Made by a program: the position numbers and the translations under genes | Notes under the pieces: model-generated | Database searches by the model: none | What the model saw: the letters and a program-made list of their open reading frames with translations, nothing else | What the model was told of the DNA's origin: nothing | Part shown: in pieces, positions 12,501 through 24,979 of the stretch | How positions within the stretch are numbered: position 1 is the stretch's first letter | Layout: each line of letters starts with the position of its first letter | Origin: Octopus sinensis | Taxonomy: Eukaryota | Direction of reading: 5' to 3' | NCBI RefSeq assembly: GCF_006345805.1 | Contig: NC_042997.1 | Location: forward strand, 79,112,001-79,176,000 | Length of the DNA stretch: 64,000 nt

Positions 12501-13476
12501 CATGGCTAAAACAAGTAAAAGATAAAAAAAGAGATAAATGATATATGCATGTATATATATTAATGTGTGTGTGTGGTAAATCCACATAACAAACATATCA
12601 ACTTCACCTATTTCTCTGTAGAATGAAACAAAAGATGAACAGCCTTAATCAATTTTTGGCTCTGATCATGATTTCAACAGATGTGTCTACATCACTTGAC
12701 CAATCCCAGAGATACAAGTAGCCAATCTGTCCATATACATATCAAATCTAGTATATATATTATGTATATATGTATGTGTTTTAACATTGACACTATTTGA
12801 GCAAAAGCAATGATGCTTGCTTACATCTGTAGAAAATATGACCCCATAGCTTGGGAGTTTAGTTGTTTTCAAGATGTGAGTACTGGTGGATTAAAAATAC
12901 TTTATTTGGAAAACAAATAAGAATTGGTGACATACTGCTTGATAAGACTCATCCAACAAATGCCAACATGGAAAAGCAACATAGACACATTGCTGGTGGT
13001 GGTTGTGGTGGTGGTGGTGGTGATGAGGAGGAGGAGGAGGGCACATTGTTTTGACAGATACTAATGTGGAGGTTGCATTTCTGTTGAAGATCTTAGGGAT
13101 AATATAGGCGCAGCAGTTTTGACATTCTGTTGACCTAAATCTATTCAAGTATTTCTTTTATAAAAACAAAAATAACAATAAACAGTGCAAATGTCTGATG
13201 ACAGTTGAACAACGTGACAAAAAAAAAAATGGGTAAAGTAGCAACTTTATTTATATTGCCTGCTGTGTCAGTACAGTAATTGGATATCGCCTAGGTTGTT
13301 GTTGAAATTTGAAACTGATGAATAATGTGTTAAATTTGTAAGTAATTATTTGAAATCTGCTAAGGTCAACAGTGGCATTAAAGTTCAAAATAAGAACATT
13401 TTAATCATATTTGTAATGCAACATCAGTCATTTTGTGTAACTCTATTTAAAAAACAAGGGAAAATTAACAAACTAC

Positions 13477-13886
13477 AGGCATAGGAGTAGCTGTGTGGTA
13501 AGTAGCTTGCTTACGAACTACATGGTTCTGAGTTCAGTCCCACTGCATGACACCTTGGGCAAGTGTCTTCTACCAAAGCCTTGTGAGTGGATTTGGTAGA
13601 CAGAAACTGAAAGAAGCCCGTCATATATATGTGTATATATATATATATGTATATGTATGTATGTATATGTGTGTATATGTTTGTGTGTCAGTGTTTGTCC
13701 CCACCAACATCACTTAACAGCTGATGCTGGTGTGTTTATGTCCCCGTAACTTAGCGGTTCGGCAAAAGAGACCAATAGAATAAGTACTAGGCTTACAAAG
13801 AATAAGTCCTGGGGTCGATTTGCTCAACTAAAGGCGGTGCTCCAGCATCGCCACAGTCAAATGACTGAAACAAGTAAAAGAGTAAA
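13477..13886 (+). mobile_element. tRNA-derived SINE family B (octopus OK-like) with CR1-type 3' tail
   Basis: A/B-box-like head (GTAGCTGTGTGGTAAG, GAGTTCAGTCCC), CACCTTGGGCAAGTGTCTT segment, internal microsatellite, tail CAGTCAAATGACTGAAACAAGTAAAAGAGT. Confidence 0.85.
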
Positions 13887-14019
13887 CTCTGAAACATCCA
13901 TAATAGTAAAGTTTAGAATTCATTCTTGGTCTGAGAGATAGATGTTGCAAGAGAAATGGAAGCATTCGCTGTTGATGAGTCATCTCCCCTGAAGATCAAC
14001 TAGCAGTGAGTGTGCCTAA

Positions 14020-15130
14020 AAAAAGTCCACTCTGATAATTGGCTGATGGGTGTAAGTAACGGTGAATGCCCATGTGTATGCTTGTGAGCCAAGGTGAAGA
14101 GAGAAAATGCAACAACCGTATTCTTTGATTGTGGAGCTGTTGGTGGCTGTTAAAGGTTGGCTTGCTTTCCATAACAAAGCTCCTCTGCCGATGCTGAGAT
14201 CACACTGACTTCCATTGCTGTGATGATTAGAAATCTTCATTTGAAGCTCTGATCATGGACATACAGAAGCAGTTGTTCATGTTTACTGGTCACCAGGGTT
14301 TTCAATGAGAGCCAGCCCTGGGGTTTCCAAGGGCTGTTGACAAAGGGCTCTTGAAGCTACAAGGTTGCTTATACCTGGTAGCCTTTGTCCCAAACTTTGT
14401 GTGGTAGAAACACAGGTTGTCTTGTTTAACTTCATCATGTCTCAGGGACAACCTTATGGCATTGACTATAACTCCACCAGACAAAAAAAATGCTTATCAA
14501 CTGCTTTCGCTAAATGTCACAGGTCTTTGATCTTGGTCTGAGTTATGAGGTGGTAATTTACAGAGGAGTATCTCTCTAAACAAAAAAGGTGACTCACTGA
14601 GGGGCACTAATGCTAGCATCCTATCCATGAGCTCAGAAGAATTAGAATCAGTTAATTCTTCTTCCAGTATCCTGACCAATGCTTCCCAGTCACTCAGCTG
14701 GAATGTTTCTATGTGTCTCTCTTTTAAAGTAGCATACTTGTGAGTAACCAGGGGTTGGGTTAGGATGTCTAGTACTTTTGTTGCCGTGTCCTCATCCAGT
14801 GCTACATTGGAGTATCTCATTAGGTCCGAAGTGATCTTCATTATGTTGAACTGTGCTTTTGCTTGTGCAAACCATGCGTCAGCCTGCTTCAGCTAGAATT
14901 GTGGAATTTTGAGTGCTGTGGTGTTATCACTGGCCGTGTTTATGTTTCCTACTTTGATGTGTGAAGCAAAAGCTGTTCTTTTGGTCAGGGTCACTACTAA
15001 TAGCTTGATAAAGCTACACATGAAAACTGTCAGTAACAAAAGTGTGTTGGTATATTATGTATTTTTGCTTCATTCAGCTACATACTGTGAGGGCGAATAC
15101 GATCGACCCCACACCCAACGTCTCAGTCCT
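14020..15130 (-). mobile_element. Ty3/Gypsy LTR retrotransposon relic (gag-protease)
   Basis: KIPQF*..WFAQAKAQFNIMKITSD...ALDEDTATKVLDIL...SELMDRMLAL...FREILLCKLP is a Gypsy gag signature; LCFYHTKFG...CSF zinc-knuckle-like region; protease-like remnant near 14200-14280; PBS-like TAGTGACCCTGAC at ~14984-14999, similar to the tRNA-Trp PBS TGGTGACCCCGAC. Confidence 0.75.
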
Positions 15131-15252
15131 CTTTTCCCACCTTAACTGGAAGTCCCTTTTTCTGCTGACTAGCTCACTATTAGTTAGCCTGCAGTGAAGT
15201 TCCTGTCTACAGTTCGTCTACAGTCCTTGGGCAGTGCCCTACACACACACAC

Positions 15253-15287
<35 letters not shown>

Positions 15288-15298
15288 CGTGCGTGTGT

Positions 15299-15330
<32 letters not shown>

Positions 15331-15574
15331 ATAGGCAAATCTCAAAAATTAAAAATAATAAATAACAAAACAACAAAAGTCAAAAGGATGAATGCATTGA
15401 ATGTATTAGGTTGACACTGAGTATAAGATGGAAAAATGAGTGGGTGTATAATGTTTCAAGCATGGCTCTTCATCAGAAAGAGGAGAAAGGAAAGATTCAG
15501 AGAAAGAAAAAAAGTCCAAGAAAAGCATGTTTGTGGTTACATGGCTATATATACATATATATGCAATATATATG

Positions 15575-15730
15575 TACAATGGGCTTCTTTCAGTTTCCGT
15601 CTACCAAATCCAGTCACAAGGCTTTGGTTGGTCTGATGCTATAGTAGAAGCTACTAGGCCAAGGTGCCATGCAGTGGGACCGAACCCAGAATCCTATGGT
15701 TAAAAAGCAAGCTTCTTACCCCACAGCCAC
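15575..15730 (-). mobile_element. SINE family B, 5' part
   Basis: Reverse complement of the family B head (TTCTTTCAGTTTCCGTCTACCAAATCC...TGGGACCGAACCC). Confidence 0.75.
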
Positions 15731-16004
15731 ATTGAGATTTATCTAAAATTTATGGAATACAAGGAAAACTTAGATTGGCTATGCCTAGCTTCATGGTCAT
15801 TATGAATAAGAGTTTATTAAATTTGTTGATGGAAGTATAGTTATGTGGTTATGTAGCTTGCTTTGATTCCTAATGTTCCTGGGCTCATTTGCAGTGTGCT
15901 GTACTTTTGGTAATATCTGCCATATTTTAAGGTTGACCAATACTGTATGAGTAAAATTTAGAAGACAGAAACTATGTGGAAGCTGTTGTACATATCTTTT
16001 ATAT

Positions 16005-16382
16005 TTTACTTGTTTCAATCATTAGACTATGGTCATGCTGGGACACCACCTTGAAGAATTTGAGATGGACAAATCGACCCCAATACTTATTGTTTTTGTA
16101 AAGCCTGGTACTTATTCCATCATTTTCTTTTGCGGAACTGCTAAGTTACCAGGCACATAAACACACCAACACCAGTTGTCAAGTGGTGGTGGAGGACAAA
16201 CACGGACACAAAGACACACACACATAGATATGTAAATATATATATACAACAGGTTTCTTCCAATTCCTGTCTATCAAATCCACTCACAAGGATTTGGCCA
16301 AGATGTCACACAGTGGGACTGAACCCAGAACCATGTGGTTAAGAAGCAAACTTCTTAGCATACAGTCACACCTGCACCTAGT
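16005..16382 (-). mobile_element. SINE family B, near-complete diverged copy
   Basis: Tail TACTTGTTTCAATCATTAGACTATGGTCATGCTGG through head TGGGACTGAACCCAGAACCATGTGGTT. Confidence 0.75.
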
Positions 16383-17180
16383 ATATATAAACATATATAA
16401 ACATTTTTGTTTTGTTTTACTGGCTTCAGCAATTAAATGTGGTTGTGCTACAGTACAGTTACAAAGGTTTAAGTTGATTATAGTGACCATGTATTTATTG
16501 TAGTCTGCTGCCTAGTTTATAAAACTATTTCTTGAGCCACTAAGTTACAGGACATATATAAACAGCACAAACACTGATATAGGCATGGACATAGACACAT
16601 GTACAGCACCAGCCCACATATATATATATATATATATATGTACTGGTGCCACTGTAAAAAGCTCTGTCAAGCCTGCTGTACCCTCTCTGGAGTAATCAGT
16701 AAGTGAGTAGAGTAAGTAGGTTTGTGAGGTTTCTTTAGTTCTGTCTAGGCAAAGACTTACCAACCTCTCTAGTTCCATGAGAAAATGCACCCAGTTGTTG
16801 ATGACAGGAAGGGAATCCAGCAAAAACGAAACAAAAAGAACAAAACAAAATGAAGAATATAAACATCAGTTAAACAACTGAAAAGTCACTCTTTTGTTCA
16901 CAAATTGCTACATATATTTTTTTTAAATGACCTAGTTAAATTGATGGTATTGCCAATTACTTTGCTTCCAAATTAATAATCATTTGATTGTTTTTTGTAT
17001 GACTATATTTCTTTTATTATATCTGCATAAATAAAATGGTTTTTATTTTTATTTTTGCTTCTTCTGAAAATTTGATTTTGCAAGTGAATATTGTTCTTAC
17101 TGCCAACCACTAAAAGTTGTGCTTGGTTTATGTTTAGGCAATCAAATTGATGTAATCAGAGTACATGCTTTGCTCAAGAA

Positions 17181-17348
17181 CAGTGTCGTCTTAAGGCATA
17201 GGCAGACTGGACTGTTGCCTAGGAGCCTCAAGGGGAGAGGGGACAATTTTGATCTATGTATGTTGTGGCTTGCTATAAATAATTAAATACTATACATCCC
17301 ACAAAATTGATTTGCTCTAGAGCCTATAATATTGCTAAGACAACTCTG
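17181..17348. mobile_element. Probable hAT-type MITE
   Basis: Imperfect TIRs CAGTGTCGTCTTAAG / CTAAGACAACTCTG; no matching 8-bp TSD. Confidence 0.45.
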
Positions 17349-17454
17349 GTGAAGTGCACAGTAAACAACTGGTGGTAAGGTCAGAAATTATGACTATGAA
17401 ATTGGTAGTCCAACACCTTAACCTCACATCCATTCTTTCTCCTTAAAATTGCAA

Positions 17455-17670
17455 CTTATTTGGGCTATTGAGAATTGGCAGAATTATCAAAGTGTTAGTC
17501 AAAATACCTTGTGGTATTTAGTTATAGCTCTTTATGTTCAGAATTCAATTCTCACCAAGGTAACTTTACGTTTCATCCCTCCAGAGTCAATACAACAAAG
17601 TGAAGAACTGGGATAAATTTAATCAACCAATTCCACTCACCCACCAAATCTGTGTTTGTGTTAGAAACAA
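17455..17670 (+). mobile_element. SINE family A copy (diverged)
   Basis: GAATTGGCAGAATTATC...TTCAGAATTCAATT...TTTCATCCCTCCAGAGTCAATA. Confidence 0.6.
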
Positions 17671-18079
17671 TTACTGGCTACATATTTTGGTAAGTGTAGC
17701 TTTCCCATTTGAACATTAGTATTGAACTTCTAGATGCTGACAGCATCACTTGAAAGTTCACATGAGTTAAAATAAGGTTAATTAGCAACCTTTATCTCCA
17801 TATTTAAGGCAAACTGATGATTATAAATTATTATTAAAGATATCAGAAGAAAATCTTAAATAAGACTGTGGATTAATATTTTTTATGCATTGGTACAACA
17901 TACTCAAGCAAATAAACTCCCAGCAAGCCAAGTCTGAAATCTGTCCAGTCAAAGTTATTTTATTTCACTCATATTACTTATATCCCAGGGAAAGACTTTA
18001 ATGGTCCAATTCTTATTTCTTTCTCCCTAAGAATTCTGCACCTCATTTTTTAAGATTTGTTTAGAAAATTACTCTAGTA

Positions 18080-18348
18080 TAGTGGTTCTTAATCATTTTT
18101 TGCCCCTGGACTTCTTCAATTTCTATTTTATTCTATAGGACCTATATAGCCAATCATTGTGTATTTAAAAAATCTCACAGTATTTTTATAATTAAATATT
18201 ATTGGGAATTGTATTAGGAAAATTTGAAATATTTTGTGCATCAGAGAAGTATAACTAATTTATTGCACATAAATTTTAACAACAGAATCTTATATGGACT
18301 CCCTCCCCGACCTACCACGAGCCATATGAACCCTGGCTGAGAACCTTG
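18080..18348. mobile_element. hAT-Charlie-type MITE (diverged)
   Basis: Ends TAGTGGTTCTTAA / TGAGAACCTTG; flanks CTCTAGTA / TTCTAACA resemble an nTCTAGAn target. Confidence 0.5.
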
Positions 18349-18979
18349 TTCTAACATAACAATTGGTAGTGAAATGGTTAAGTCATAAAAGCAGCAGATA
18401 AAATGCTTTGTGGAAGATTTTCCTGACTCTCAATATTGCCTTTCATTTTTTTGAAGTTGATAAATGATGGATTGGTAGAATTATTAGTGAATTGAATGGA
18501 ATGCTCTGTGAGTTCTAAGTTCAAACCCACCTCCTGTTACCATAAAAAAAAAACCTGGTCATACTTCTGTCAGGAATTGTGACCAACAGATATCAATAGC
18601 AATGGAGAAAACCAATGGAAATATGATTTCATTAGTTTGATTGGAAGATTAGCTACCCAACTCTCCTTGAGATGTCCAGTTAGAACCATAATAAGCAATA
18701 TCTAGAAGTAGACGTCTCCTTTAATTATGTAAAAAATGTTAATTCCGATGTTGTCAGAATGCCATAAGGTATTATTAGAAATATTTGATAAACTCTATTA
18801 TTAGAATAATAAAATCTATGATGTTAAATTTTAAAAGAAGAAGCTACTATGTGAGTGAAGGAGAGAACATTGACTTTTTGATTTCTATTTTAAAGGATAA
18901 ACACAAATTAGCAAGATTTTATGATTAATTTTCAATTAAATTCTACAATTTAGTGATTGTGATGAAAATAAGAACTTAG

Positions 18980-21830
18980 CTATAAGGATGCCTAGACATG
19001 GAGTACAAGATGGAATGATAATAAATAATAATATAGAGGCTGTGGATATGATACAAGGAATAAGGAGGTATCAAATCTCTTGGATTTCTGTGACTCAAGT
19101 GACCTGATAATGATTTGCAGCTTTAACTTCGAGAATCTGACTGGCCCTCTGATCACTTAACAATCATTTACACAAGAAGAAAACAGGATACTGAGATGGT
19201 TGTTAATGTTAAGTTTTTCTTTGGCAAAGAATGAACCACTTAACATTGAATGGTGATTAGTGACTTCAAGAAGGAGGTAAATAGACAGAAACATAAGACA
19301 ATCTAGAATAGGAAGATATGAAAGCTCAAAGACCCCTCAATCAGTTATAGGGTCAGAGAAATTTTAATTGATACATATGATAGAGGGAAGGCAGTGATAG
19401 AGACTTGAAACATAAAAGACAACTGGATGTTGCTATAAGATAACCAGCTGTAGGATAGAGAACTTAAAAAAACCAGCCAGTCAGCCACTTGATCAACTTC
19501 TGATCAGATGAACACAAAAGCCAGATAGACATTATTCTCATCATGAAACAAGATAGGTAGATGGTTGTAAATGCTGAGTTTGGTGAAGAATGAAGCACAT
19601 AACATAAATTAGCAATTAGAGACTTCAGAGTAAGAGCTTGATAAACTGAGATAATAGGGATAATTTAGAGAAGGAAGATGTGGAGGCTGAAAGAGCACTT
19701 GGCTAGTCATAGGTCCAGAGGAGTTCTAATTGATACTTATGACTGAAAGAAGGTCATAGAGACTTATAGCATAGAGGAAAACTGTGAGTTTCTACAAGAC
19801 AACCTGGTGAGAGCTGCAAATCATATCTGTGGTTGGTATAAAGTCCCAATCAGATGGAAGGCTATAAAGTAGTGGAACAGTCTAGGTAGATAAAGCCACA
19901 AAAGCTAAGAAATAATGTTAAAAAGACTGGAAGAAGAGGAGCAGCAGAAAATAGTTCTAAGTTGTCAAAAGAGAAGCTAAGCATACTTAGCAAGAAATTA
20001 ATTATTTAGCTAGTCTATGTTTTGTAACATGGTGATCAGAGTTGTGACGTCTTTTTGATTGGAATACAGTTTGTTTGAGAAAAATGATATGTCACTGGGG
20101 AGAAATGTATAGAGAATGATAACAAGGCACTTGCTCTTACTGGTGATGTAAAGAAAATAGCATTGAAGTGTTATTAAGAGAGATTGTAGAATGAAGAAAA
20201 TGCTTGAGAGAAAGAAGGCCTACTCCAAGTAGATGCAACTGAGGGACCAGCTATACAAAATGCAAGTGGTATGGTTGATAGAACAATTAAGAAGTCAACA
20301 AAGGAAAGGTAGTTAGACCATATGATTGATATGCTGAAAATATATGGCAAGGTTGGTCATACTTTAGTCACATACAGACTCAAGTTGTACAGGTAGATGT
20401 CATACCTATTGACAGGTATGATAATATAATCATCAATTGTTTCAAGGACAAACAAGATATACAAGAAAGAGGAAACTACATAGGTATCAAACTGTTAGAG
20501 CAAGTGATTAAAGGTACAGTCATAGCTCTATTAATTAGGAAGTAAATTGATCAAAATGAGATGCAGTTTGGTGATGAGATGCAGTTTGCTGATGTGCCAG
20601 GAAAAGGTATTACCAGTGCCTTCTTCCTAGTGAGACAACTGCAGGAGCTGTATTTAGCTTGGAGTAAGCCACTCTGCTTTGTATTTGTTGATTTAGAGTA
20701 GGCTCTTGACAAGATTTGATGCTTTGTATTTTTTTTTTACAGTTGCTAAAGAAAACAAATATAGTTGGATGGCTTGTGATGACTGAGCAAGCCATATACA
20801 GAGATGCAGTCAGCAAGCTAGAGTTAGCAATGAGGAAAATTTAGCATCACAGCAGGTGTCCATCAGGACACCTCCCATTTATTCTCACCCCTCCATTTAT
20901 TTTAGTATTCTTGGTTATATCGAAGGAGTTTAAAACTGGCTGTCCATGAGAACACCAATGTGCTGATGACTGAATTCTAAAAATCAATCTTTAGAAGATT
21001 TAAAGAAGAAATTGTGCACATGGAAGCAAAACCTTGAGACTAATGTTCTTGTATGTAGGAAAAAAGATAGGATCAGGGAAATGGTCATGTTCAGTATGCA
21101 GAAAAGGAGAAGCTATAAATATCATATAATACCCAGTGTAACTTATAAAGTACAAGAAGTGTAATAGACTCATTGGTAGACTAAGAGAGAAAGCATATTT
21201 TATATGCAGCAGATGCCCAAGAACAGTCAGCATTAATAGTATATGTAAAGTAGATTCTCTCTCATATGTCTGTAAGGATTCCTAGAAGTAGTTGATTGCT
21301 TCTGTTATCTAGGTGATCTAATTAGCAATAAAGGTATGTATTCTGAAAGCATAGATGCCAGAGTTAGAATGTAAGGAAAAAGTTTATGAAGCTACTACCT
21401 TTGCAAGTAACAAAGGGTTCTCTCTGACAGTCAAGGGTAGATTGTGTGGTGCTTGTATATAAAGTGCAAAGCTTCATGGTTATGAGACATGAGAGGGTTT
21501 GTCAAGACTAGAAAGAAATGATGTAAGTATGCTTTTCCATAGGTGTCAATGTGAGCATACATGAGTGATGGAATACAAATGAACTGATAGAAAAAATAGA
21601 TACAAGAGGAATCAGATGTAACATGCAAAAAGAGAAGACTGTGCTAATATGAAAGATGAAAATTATGTGAAGAAGTGTAGGGTAATCAATTTAAATGGGT
21701 CTGCTGAAGAGAAAGACCCCAAAATACTTGAGAGAAGTGGGGAAGACTGAGGCTTGTGGAGATGACAGAGAACTACAATGATTAGCAACATGCAATGCTG
21801 GAGAAGATCTGCATATTACTGAAAAATAGT
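18980..21830 (+). mobile_element. Old, degenerate RTE-clade LINE (endonuclease through RT)
   Basis: Nucleotide similarity to other RTE copies (GAGATGCAGTTTGG, GTGAGACAACTGCAGGAG, GTAAAAAGAGAAG-type segments); many stops; internal diverged duplication ~19350-19470 / 19700-19810. Confidence 0.7.
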
Positions 21831-22379
21831 GAAACAAAAATATTAAAATGGTGGTAGAGATGGAGGCTAGAAGGTATATTTAGATTTAAGTTTGTCACCT
21901 AATATGTCCTTGCTAAGTCTACATCTGCCATTCCTATCTCTATCAGTCATATGCCTATGAGTCATCCTCTCTCCACTCACTTTCTTATACTGTGTTAGTA
22001 AGTTTGGCATACATAGTACAGTCAACCTTACTGTGTCAATAAAGTTGGCAGTGGATCTCCCTTATTAACTATACCATGCGACTTATGTAACTAGATGACA
22101 TTAAATTCCTTCATCTCTCTAACATTCATATTCTCTCCTATTCACTGTACCATGCCACTTATGTAAGGAGGGATGATATTGGGCTTCTCCATATTCAATC
22201 CTCTCACCATCAACCTTATCACTTCTCTTGTCCATAAAGAGACTTATGCATATGGGGTTTTGTTGGATTTGTTTGCATCCATTACACTTTCTACATGGAC
22301 AATCATCACCCCCATTCAACTGGCCACCAGTTATTAACATCACCACTTTCTCTTACCATTGTTAAACTTATTACTATCC

Positions 22380-22381
22380 AT

Positions 22382-22415
<34 letters not shown>
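22380..22415. repeat. (CT)n microsatellite
   Basis: Direct reading. Confidence 0.9.
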
Positions 22416-22419
<4 letters not shown>

Positions 22420-24019
22420 CTGATATAACTCTCTTAAATGGATCATTCTGCTTCTAATAACTTACACTTACTCTTTCATCTTATTGTCTTCACATCCTCC
22501 TCCTAGTTACATTGCCTTGAATGAACAGAAACATCTTAGGGCAATGAGGACTTTTTAGCCTTATGGAATGCAAGGCAGCTTCACCACTTCTGGAGCCATG
22601 ATGAAAAGCACCCAGTACACTCTATAAAGTGTTACTTACTGAGCAGATACTATATAAAGTTGAGATGGCTCTTTAGTGTTGCTGAAGGCATGACAATCTC
22701 TTAAGTGTTAGTGCTATGATAAAATATAACCAGTACATTCAGTGAAGTGGTCAGTAATAAGAAGAGCATCCAGCTATAGAAGCCAAGTCAAAAATGAAAT
22801 GTGCAAGCAAAAAGTAGCAATCTGACTCATCTAGGAGGAAGGTTGCATTAACTTCAAAGAAGAACTAACTTGAATCATGACAATTTGTTTAATACATGCC
22901 AACATGGCAGACAGACAAAAAGTTATGATGATAATGATGAAGAGGAGGAGGATGGTCGTGTGGTGTGTTGGTTAGTTGTAGTGATGATGGTGATGATAAT
23001 ATATGTGTGTGTGTTGCTTATGTAAGTGTATGTATTTTCCTGATGTATATAGGTGAAGTACGTAAAAAGCAGTGAGAAAATAATAAAAACCCAGTACATT
23101 TCAAACGGCCTCCTTTGTGATATTTGCTCTGTTACATATGCCCATTGTCACTTTTGCTAGAAGGACAGCAAATCAACAATTGACCTATTTAAAACCTGTA
23201 ATCAATGACTCTATTGATTGCCAATTGTGGCACAACAACAACAGCAAAAACAACAGCAACAAAAACAAACCATATTTGCTTTTAAATCATTTACAAATAT
23301 TTTAGAAACTTTAGTTCTCAATTATGTTTCACTTTTTCCTTTGGAACCATATGGAATCATATTCCAAAAGCCAATTACTCTATTAACGTTGACCAAGACA
23401 CTATCATCACAGCTGAGTTCTTCACAGAAAATTCAAATGTCAAATCAATTTAAGTTAAAACCATTCTCTTACTTCAACCCAAATTGTAACATTGAACTTT
23501 TCTGTGCAACCACCACATAGAATAATTTAATGTTAAATTTTTCCTTCTTTCTTTCTTTCTTTCTTTCTTATTTTTTCCTTTCTTTCCTACCTTCATCCTT
23601 ATTTTATCTTTTTTCTTTCTTTGCTATCTTTTGCTTTCCTTTTTTTCTGTTGGAATTGTAGGAGTGCACAAACTTGTTTGAAACAAGCAAAATATATGCT
23701 AACAAAACAAACCAGAACTGATTTGATACAATTTCTGCATGAAATCAGAGAAACAGAATATTCATTTTAAACTATTGAGACGCAAAAGATTATTAACATG
23801 TCTCCATACTTTACTTATTTGAGGAAATTAATTAAGGTTTCTCGTGACCTTATTAAAAATTACTGATTTAAGCTCTAACTCATAGAAGTGTTATGTTATA
23901 TTAGTTCTTATCAAATCTTGATGGGTAAAAGAATAAGACAATCTTTCTGGATCCAGAAAATGGCTTATCAGTTAGAAGTAAAAATTCATGGATGACATAG
24001 AAATGAAAGATATGGAAAA

Positions 24020-24097
24020 TACATACACATACACAAATGTACACATGTGTGTGTGTGCACGCTTGCACATGTGAACATGTGTGTGTGTGCGTGCATG

Positions 24098-24165
<68 letters not shown>

Positions 24166-24180
24166 ATGTGTGTATGTATC
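24020..24180. repeat. (CA)/(TG)n microsatellite
   Basis: Direct reading. Confidence 0.9.
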
Positions 24181-24289
24181 AGGTTGGAATGAAATTTCAT
24201 TCTGTTTTTATCATGAACAATGAGAATGTAAAAGTAATGCTCACTGACATATTTAATCATAGGTATAAAAGCATTTGAGAGAATCTATT

Positions 24290-24970
24290 TCCTGTGTAAT
24301 CTTAGCGTTTATTGCTCCTGCACACCTGCTACATACCAAGTTAACCTTTCTATTATTACACTGCAACTCTTGTTTGTCAATAGCATGCATTGAATACACC
24401 ATGTGGAATTTCTAACAATCCCTTTCCTACATATTGAGCAGGGCCATTTTCCTGAAGGGAATATAGCCTTTTCTGTTTTCCTGCTTACTAGAAGTTTGGT
24501 TTTTGCTAAGTTAACTTTAAATCTCTGTGATGCTGGGTTTTGCTTCCACATGTAAAATTTCTTCTTTAGTTCTACTTTAGATTTTCCTGTAAGAACAAAA
24601 CCATCAGTATATAGTAGTTCCCATCAGTTGGTCTTAAATTCCTCTGTTATGGCCAGGAAGACTGTAATGAATTAAAAGGAGACTGAGAAACAAGCCCTAG
24701 TGAACTCCTACATGCACTCTAAATTCATTGCTCTACTCATTGCTAGCTCTCACCTTGCTGACAATATCTCTGTACATGGCTGCTATGGCTTTCACAAGCC
24801 ATTTGTATTTTCCTAACTTCTTCAGAGACTACCAGATTACATAGTGAGGGACCCTGCCAAAGGTTTTCCCCAGGTCAATGAATGCCAAGTACAGTGGCTA
24901 ACTTTTAGCTAAATATTCTGCAGTTGTCTTACTAGAATGAAGGCATTTGTAATACTTCTTCCTGGCACAA
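24290..24970 (-). mobile_element. RTE-clade LINE fragment
   Basis: Peptide FKVNLAKTKLLVSRK...KWPCSICRKGI...WCIQC matches the RTE RT C-terminal region. Confidence 0.75.
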
Positions 24971-24979
24971 AACCAAGCT

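Noticed and set aside
12863-13148. Poly-Pro/His (-) and poly-Gly/Glu (+) ORFs
   Set aside because: They derive from (GGT)n/(GAG)n trinucleotide repeats, with no recognisable domain or convincing splice context.
13477-13570. tRNA-like heads (also 52239-52320 and 51880-51955)
   Set aside because: A/B boxes are present but no complete cloverleaf; these are SINE heads, not tRNA genes.
23218-23520. 100-aa ORF starting with poly-Gln
   Set aside because: Driven by a (CAA)n repeat; no homology recognised and no splice support.
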